Below are positions 35,306 to 41,409 of a stretch of DNA of 41,409 nt, one piece after another (position 1 is the stretch's first letter; every line of letters begins with the position of its first letter). The translations under genes were made by a program, and so were the position numbers. Under the pieces are notes generated by a model. It was not told where the DNA came from. It did not search any database and worked only from the letters and a program-made list of their open reading frames with translations. The DNA comes from Octopus bimaculoides (Eukaryota). The stretch is from contig NC_068991.1 in NCBI RefSeq assembly GCF_001194135.2, forward strand, positions 14,384,911-14,426,319, read 5' to 3'.

Positions 35306-35999
35306 CTACGCACACACACACACACATACACACACACGTGTGTGTATATACAGAGGAAGAGAGAGAGACAGACAGAGACTGGCATATATACACAAATGTA
35401 CACGTCTTCTCACAAACGCACACTGTACGTCTTCAATAATTAGCCCTTTAACCAATTTATATTTCGAAGTTCTCGGCGAGGCTTTTATAGAAAATGAATG
35501 TTTTTAACGCTGACCTGACTACGTTTGTTCTCATTTTTAATTAATTTTAATTTTGATTAAATTTGAATTAATTAAAAATTATTTTGAAATAACTATATTA
35601 AATATATTACACACGTGTACGCATATACGTGGATGTACATGCATCACGTACATACAACGCGTGCACACACACACGCAAACGCACTCACACATACACATAC
35701 ATATAACACACGAACAGACATACACACATACATATATATATTTTCGACCACTTAACCTTGTTTCAATTTATTCATCAATGGCAACCAGGCAACCACAGAC
35801 AAGCAGACAGACAACTTCTCAAACCTCTTGACCTCGCGACCTTCGTTAAAATCATTAACTGTAAGGACATAAGATGCTTTTGTCATATTTTCAATTCCCG
35901 TTTAATATATCTCTTCATTCAAAAGGTTTTAGAGTGTCGGAGAGGCTAAAGTGTTGTCCTGTGTTAACTTTCGGTCTTCTATGGTCCGAGTTCAAATCA

Positions 36000-36138
36000 T
36001 TTTTACTAACAATCGGCAGAACGTACGGAGTGACTCAAGAGCCGGGAGTTTCGTGCGTGTGTGTATGTGTGTGTGGTAATTGTTCAGTTTGGTTAGATTA
36101 AAAAAATAAATAAAAATTAAGTGGGGGAGATAAGTCAA
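36000..36138 (+). repeat. Left arm of an inverted duplication (partner 38017-38184)
   Basis: tttttactaacaatcggcagaacgtacggagtgactcaagagccgggagtttcgtgcgtg...gataagtcaa is a near-exact reverse complement of the right arm. Confidence 0.92.
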
Positions 36139-36179
36139 CCAATCAACCAACCAACAAACATATCTGCTTTAGTCATGTC

Positions 36180-36450
36180 AACTGGCATTCCGTCGGTTAC
36201 GGCGACGAGTGTGCCAATTGATCCGTTCAACAGAACACCTACTCGTCACATTAACGCCAAATTAACGTGTAAATTAATGTACGCATGACTGAGCACTCAA
36301 CAGACACGCCTACCGTTAACGTAGCTCTCAGAGAGAGATTCAGTTTGACACAGAATGTGACAAGGCCGCCCCCCTTTGAAATACAGGTACAACTCATTGA
36401 GCAACGTGAGATAAAGTGTTCTGCTCATGGACAAAACGCGCTGCCGAGTT
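36180..36450 (-). mobile_element. SINE family F, diverged
   Basis: ggcattccgtcggttacggcgacgag...gtgacaaggcc...gagcaacgtgagataaagtgttctgctca. Confidence 0.75.
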
Positions 36451-36503
36451 CCAAACTGACCAGTTCTATTCGTCATCAGAGGTTAGTACTACGCTCAAGA
36501 AAC

Positions 36504-36651
36504 GTTTCCATCTACCAAATCCACTCACAAGGCTTTCTTCGGCCCAGGAGTGTAGAAGAAAACATTTTGCCCATGGTACCACGCAGTGGAACGGAACTCA
36601 AGACCACATGGCTGGGAAGCAAGTTTCATAACCACAGAACCACTCGTGCGC
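36504..36651 (-). mobile_element. SINE family A head
   Basis: tttccatctaccaaatccactcacaaggcttt...accacatggctgggaagcaag. Confidence 0.8.
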
Positions 36652-36971
36652 CAATTGACAGACACTTTGCCAAATTTCAACGCGTCAAGTAATTAAAGTA
36701 GAATTCTTCCCGTAGATTAATTAACTTCCTGTCCTTTGTCGCTATACTTGAACTAATTTCTGATCTCTCTACATTTCCCTTTACTACTTCTCTTTCATTT
36801 CATTTTATTTTATTTCATTTCTTTCAAAAATTTTTTCTCTTTTATTCTGTCTTTCCCACTTCTTTTCAATACTTATCTTTTTAATTTCATTCTTTCATTT
36901 TAGAGGTGTGTTGTGATGGGAGTGAGTGAATGTCATTAATGTATGTGTGTGTGTGTGGGTGGGTGCGTGTC

Positions 36972-37300
36972 TCTGTGTGTGGCGGGTGTGGTTGGGGAAG
37001 AGATACAGTGCAACTGAGTGTGTGTGTATGGTTGGGGGTGAAATACACAATACAGTTGAGGGTGTAAGTGTGTGGGAATGTGTGTGTCTGTGTGTGGTTG
37101 GGGTGAGATACACAATACAATTGAGTGTGTATGTGTGTGTGTGAGTGATTGGGGGTGAGATACACAATACAGTTGAGTGCGTGTGTATGTGTGTGGTTGG
37201 GGGTCAGTTACAAAATATAACTGCGTGTATGTGTGTGTGCGTGTGTGTGTACGTGTGTAGCTCGGGGTGAGATACACAATACAACTCTGTGTGTGTGTGC
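36972..37300. repeat. Minisatellite of about 6 units (45-65 bp)
   Basis: Recurring gggtgagatacacaatacagttgag core separated by (TG)n of variable length. Confidence 0.88.
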
Positions 37301-37589
37301 ATTGTAATTATTGCTTTGTTGGTCTTTTGCTTCACCCCCCCCCCATTCTGCAACTACGAACATCCGCTAAACACCGGTGTTCAAATTTATGAATATACTA
37401 ATAAGAAGCCTTTTTTTTGCACGGAAATAACTACAACCACCATAGCCGAATTCCCAATGCTTTGGTCGGGCTGGAGAGCATCACAATTAGCGTAAGAGGT
37501 ACGGGTGCGAACCCGGGTGAAGCTGACCGTGGGTACAGCTCTCACGAGTAGTGGCAAATATTCGAACAGAACACCTACCGTACATGTAT

Positions 37590-37642
<53 letters not shown>

Positions 37643-37769
37643 CACACGCACACGCTCACACGCACATTCATATGTATGTATGTATACACAGTGGCGACTG
37701 GGTCTAAAATATTAGTTGCCAGGTGACTAAGGGGGCCATCTACAAGAGATGGGGGGCACCTGCAACTAC

Positions 37770-37986
37770 AATGCTATCTCACTTTTTCTTCCTGTTTGTG
37801 TTGTGCCTGTAATTCAAAGGGCCAGCCTTGTCACACTGTGTCACGCTGAATATCCCCGAGAACTACGTTAAGGGTACACGTGTCTGTGGAGTGCTCAGCC
37901 ACTTGCACGTTAATTTCACGAGCAAGCTGTTCCGTTGATCGGATCAACTGGAACCCTCGACGTCATAAGCGACGGAGTGCCAACAA
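37770..37986 (+). mobile_element. SINE family B 3' part
   Basis: cttcctgtttgtgttgtgcctgtaattcaaagggccagcc...gacggagtgccaacaac. Confidence 0.9.
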
Positions 37987-38016
37987 CATGTTGCGTAAAT
38001 AATTAAGTGCAAAAAA

Positions 38017-38184
38017 TTGACTTATCTCTCCCACTTAATTTTTATTTAATTTTTTTAATCTAACCAAACTAAACAATTACCACACACACATACACACACG
38101 CATACGCACACACACACGCACACACACGCACGAAACTCCCGGTTCTTGAGTCACTCCGTAAGTTCTGCCGATTGTTAGTAAAAA
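38017..38184 (-). repeat. Right arm of the inverted duplication
   Basis: Reverse complement of 36000-36138 with a longer internal (CA)n. Confidence 0.92.
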
Positions 38185-38849
38185 GCTTACGTGTGTGTCT
38201 GTGTGTATGTATGTATGTATGTATTTACCAGTTTATAAGATGCGCCACTTCTTAAGACATAGCCATAGCTTACCAATCTGCTTTATATTTTGTAGAAAAG
38301 GAAAATAAAAACAAACGATTTTAGTACATTTCGTATTTCATCATACATCTTAGTGAAGTGGAGAAAAAAAATGATAGCACCATGATTTTGACGGGAAACC
38401 TGATTTTGTGCGTATAAATACAACATATACCGGAATCAGGTACGAGATCACAGTAACACTATACTGGCCTTGAAAGGAAAATAAATTAAATTTACCGAAG
38501 ATGAAAGAAAATACTGTACATCGGCTTCAGTGCAGACAAAGCAAATTATGAGAGTAAAACGTTTGTACAAATTACGTAGCAATGTACAATATATGAGATA
38601 CATAATACATGAAGATAAAGCAAATATTTTATTAACTTGCGTACTACAAAGCAAACAATGTGTTGGAAAGAATTGAATTTATTCTTAGAGAAATTGATAT
38701 TCTGGAGAACAGCATCTGTTGTATCACAAGTACAAAAGTACAACAAATGTTAAATAAATAAATAAATAAAGACTGGTGGTCTATTTAATCGTCGTGCCCG
38801 AAGCCTAGGAAGTCCTTATTGCCAGAACTAGGTAAAGTAGCATTCTCAA

Positions 38850-39150
38850 AGCCTGAAAAACTCATTTTCTCACTCCTGGCATCCGTAATTGCTCTCTTCA
38901 TCATCGTCGGAATTCTCTGCAATATGATCCGGATCAGTAATATTTTCTTCAGATAATAAATCGTCCTTAGGACCTTCAAGGGCGTTGCTTTTACTGATGC
39001 TACATTTCCTTTCAATGATTCCAAGTCTACCTCTTCTTTTACAACATTCCTTGAATTACTAACCCGCTCTAAGAGCTTCCTTGGCTGTAGGCCTCGTTTT
39101 CCCTTCCTGCCGTTGTCACTTCAAAATCTGAAGCCAGCATCCGCTTGTTT
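38850..39150 (-). pseudogene. Possible decayed piggyBac-like N-terminal acidic fragment
   Basis: Frameshifted PTAKEAL...DDLLSEENITDPDHIAENSDDDEES. Composition-level resemblance only. Confidence 0.25.
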
Positions 39151-39309
39151 CACTCTTTCCCGGTGAATTCTTTTAAATGGATTGCTAATAGAGAAATCCC
39201 TAAATACTGAGAGTGTAATCACTGATTAAACCAAACATGCGCAAACTGCAGTCCGCGGGATTTTCTGAGTGGCACGCTTACGACGAAGACCTACCTTGAA
39301 ATATTTTAA

Positions 39310-39379
39310 CAGTGTGGCCCGCCTAATGATGAATTACATCTCATGCGGCCCGTCTTTTGAAAAGGGTTGACCATGCCTG
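39310..39379. mobile_element. hAT (Charlie-like) right-end fragment
   Basis: tgtggcccgc...gcggcccg...ggttgaccatgcctg resembles Charlie-type ends; the left end was not found. Confidence 0.35.
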
Positions 39380-39434
39380 TATTAAACCTTCGATTACATT
39401 TGTGCCTTCTGGTTTTTTTGGGGTTTTTTTTTTG

Positions 39435-39823
39435 CTTGTTTCAGACATTTGACTGCGGCCATGCTGGAGCACCGCCTTTAGTCGAGCAAATCGACCCCAG
39501 AGCTTATTCTTTGGAAGCCTAGTACTTATTCTATCGGTCTCTCTTTTGCCGAACCGCTAAGTTACGGGGACGTAAACACACCACCATCGGTTGTCAAGCG
39601 ATGTTGGGAGGAAGGGGACAAACACAGACGCACAAACATACACACACACACATATAGACATATATACGACGAGCTTCTTTCAGTTTCCGTCTACTAAGTC
39701 CATTCACAAGGCTTTGGTCGGCCCGAGGTTATAGTGGAAGACACTTGCCCAAGGTGTCACGCAGTGGGAATGAACCCGGAACCATGTGGTTGGTAAGCAA
39801 GCTACTTACCACACAGCCACTCT
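39435..39823 (-). mobile_element. SINE family A, full length, CpG-intact
   Basis: Near-consensus head, short (TA/CA) spacer and tail. Confidence 0.93.
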
Positions 39824-39859
39824 TAAGCTCAAACCTACGAGCCTCGAAACTGGTCCCAA

Positions 39860-40971
39860 ATAAATGAGACAGATTTTCTCTAATGGGTCACTATGACGCC
39901 TTGCACCACGTTTTATCCGTTCGCAATTTCATTTCTCCCTTATCCATCCAATCTTGTACATGAATATCAACGTAAACTCCTTTGGATTATATTATTTCTT
40001 TAGGTAAATGTCTTTGAAACACTGGAAAAGACGACAGCTTTGTGCCATCACCGCATCATGTTAAAACAACGCTGTAGTTTTTCTCGTTGTGGTCACATGT
40101 TTTAACGGTCACGATTTAATGCCTTTGGATTCTGTCATGTTCGACGTTAATTTTCAATGTACCTTGAGACAGCACACCTAAGATGGGTGAATGGACTGTG
40201 ACGATTAAAAAAGGAGTCGAGAACAAACTGCCATGCGCAATAAAACTAAGATAGGCTTTAAACTTTTTAAAACTTGTTCGACACATTCACCAATAAAGAA
40301 GAATTATTTAGATGCAGATGTTTTGTCTTCTCGTTAATAATGTGGAGGGTGGATTCTGCTATCATGTTTGGTGGTAATTCAAGTGTATCATCAAACAAAA
40401 TGATAAAATGTGTCCTGTTTGATGGGATTTCGTCAATTGTTACTTACTGAGTTCGAAAATGTTTTCTTACATTTAATGATATAACCGTGAAAATCAACGA
40501 TTTTATCTTCATATTCAACGGATATTTTTTGCGCCGATCTTATTCTAAAACTTCTTAAAGGTGATATTTTGATTCATAAATCTTGAGGACCATGATACTG
40601 ATTCGCTGATATTATTGATATCTCAATTCGTTGCTATTAGTCATGGCGAATAACCATTTTCTCGATGGGTACTGAAATACCCATATTCTTAGGTCAGCTT
40701 AGCCATGTGTTTAAGTTTTCTATTTATGGCCGCCTGACAATTCCTTTACGGAGACAGTGTTTGTAGCGTGTAGTATAGCTTTTAGCAGATATTGTTTCTG
40801 CCGAGGACTTACCATTTCATCATAAGCTGGCGGACCAAAGTACTTCACATAACGCTGTCTTTTTTTGCTTAAATTATATATTAACATCATTGTTTTCTTT
40901 ACCTTTAAGCTATGACTGCGAAGTTTATAGGAATTATGCGGTAAATTAAAAATAAATGTTTGGGGAATACG
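39860..40971 (-). pseudogene. pogo/Tigger (POGK-like) transposase fossil
   Basis: Ordered remnants: KYFGPPAYDEMVSPRQKQ (Brinker-like DNA-binding domain), WV..HRENGY and SWSSRFMN (CENP-B HTH), RIRSAQKISVEYEDKIVDFHGYII, IDEIP, ESKGIKS.TVKTCDH, CGDGTKLS...KGVYVDIHVQDWMDKGEMKL (DDE_1). Candidate end ta|ccgtatt at 40971. Confidence 0.78.
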
Positions 40972-41292
40972 GTAAACCCAACTCTATTTCTGATCTGAGA
41001 AACTGTGTCATTTCTTTATATATTAATCAGGAGAATTATTGACGGGACGTGGACTAGTATTTTTAGCTCTGATATTTTGTCTGGCTGCAGTCTGCCAACA
41101 GACTGTAGCATCGCTATCATTGTTTTGTTCTCAGCTATTCAGAATGTACTAAACTGACGAGAACTTCTTTTCATTTACCAGTAGATAATAGCCTAACGTT
41201 TCTTAGAGCAAGAAAATTATTAGATAACGTATGTATCCATTCTTTTATAGCGTGTGTGTATGTGTATGTATATATATATATATATATATATA

Positions 41293-41409
41293 TGGGAGAA
41301 TATACAAAAAATAACAACAGACGAGGACAGGTGGTGTAAATAACAAAAGTATATATTAGTATGACGCTCGGGAATACGGAAAGTCTTTGACGTTTCGAGC
41401 TACGCTCTT
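41293..41409 (-). mobile_element. Family G repeat with the 3' half of the hammerhead-like motif, truncated by the window edge
   Basis: Reverse complement reads aagagcgtagctcgaaacgtcaaagactttcc...caccacctgtcctcgtctgttgtt; abuts (TA)n. Confidence 0.82.

Noticed and set aside
36972-37300. Repeat-spacer pattern as a CRISPR-like array
   Set aside because: Eukaryotic context, the spacers are simple (TG)n, and there are no cas genes.
40448-40545. Exon-like segment IRSAQKISVEYEDKIVDFHGYIIK with strong splice sites
   Set aside because: It is part of the pogo transposase fossil.

Overview
Eukaryotic, AT-rich, microsatellite-dense genomic DNA with six assembly gaps. The SINE repertoire suggests an octopus (inference, no database search). 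No protein-coding gene can be identified with confidence. The window is dominated by modular tRNA-derived SINEs (heads and tails recombined), fossils of Tx1/L1, RLE-type (R4/Dong-like) and Penelope-like retrotransposons, a decayed pogo transposase, and mariner/hAT MITEs. One plausible minus-strand terminal coding exon lies at 1268-1530, with a few weak upstream exon candidates. Most notable observations: a hammerhead-ribozyme-like motif in a short (TA)n-associated repeat (3 copies); a CpG-decay boundary near 20-21 kb suggesting a methylated gene-body domain on the left; a CRE/AP-1 motif cluster at 25.5-25.9 kb; a 17-bp-stem hairpin at 34.15 kb; and a nested inverted duplication at 36.0-38.2 kb. 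Repeat coordinates were read by eye and are approximate (about 10-20 nt).
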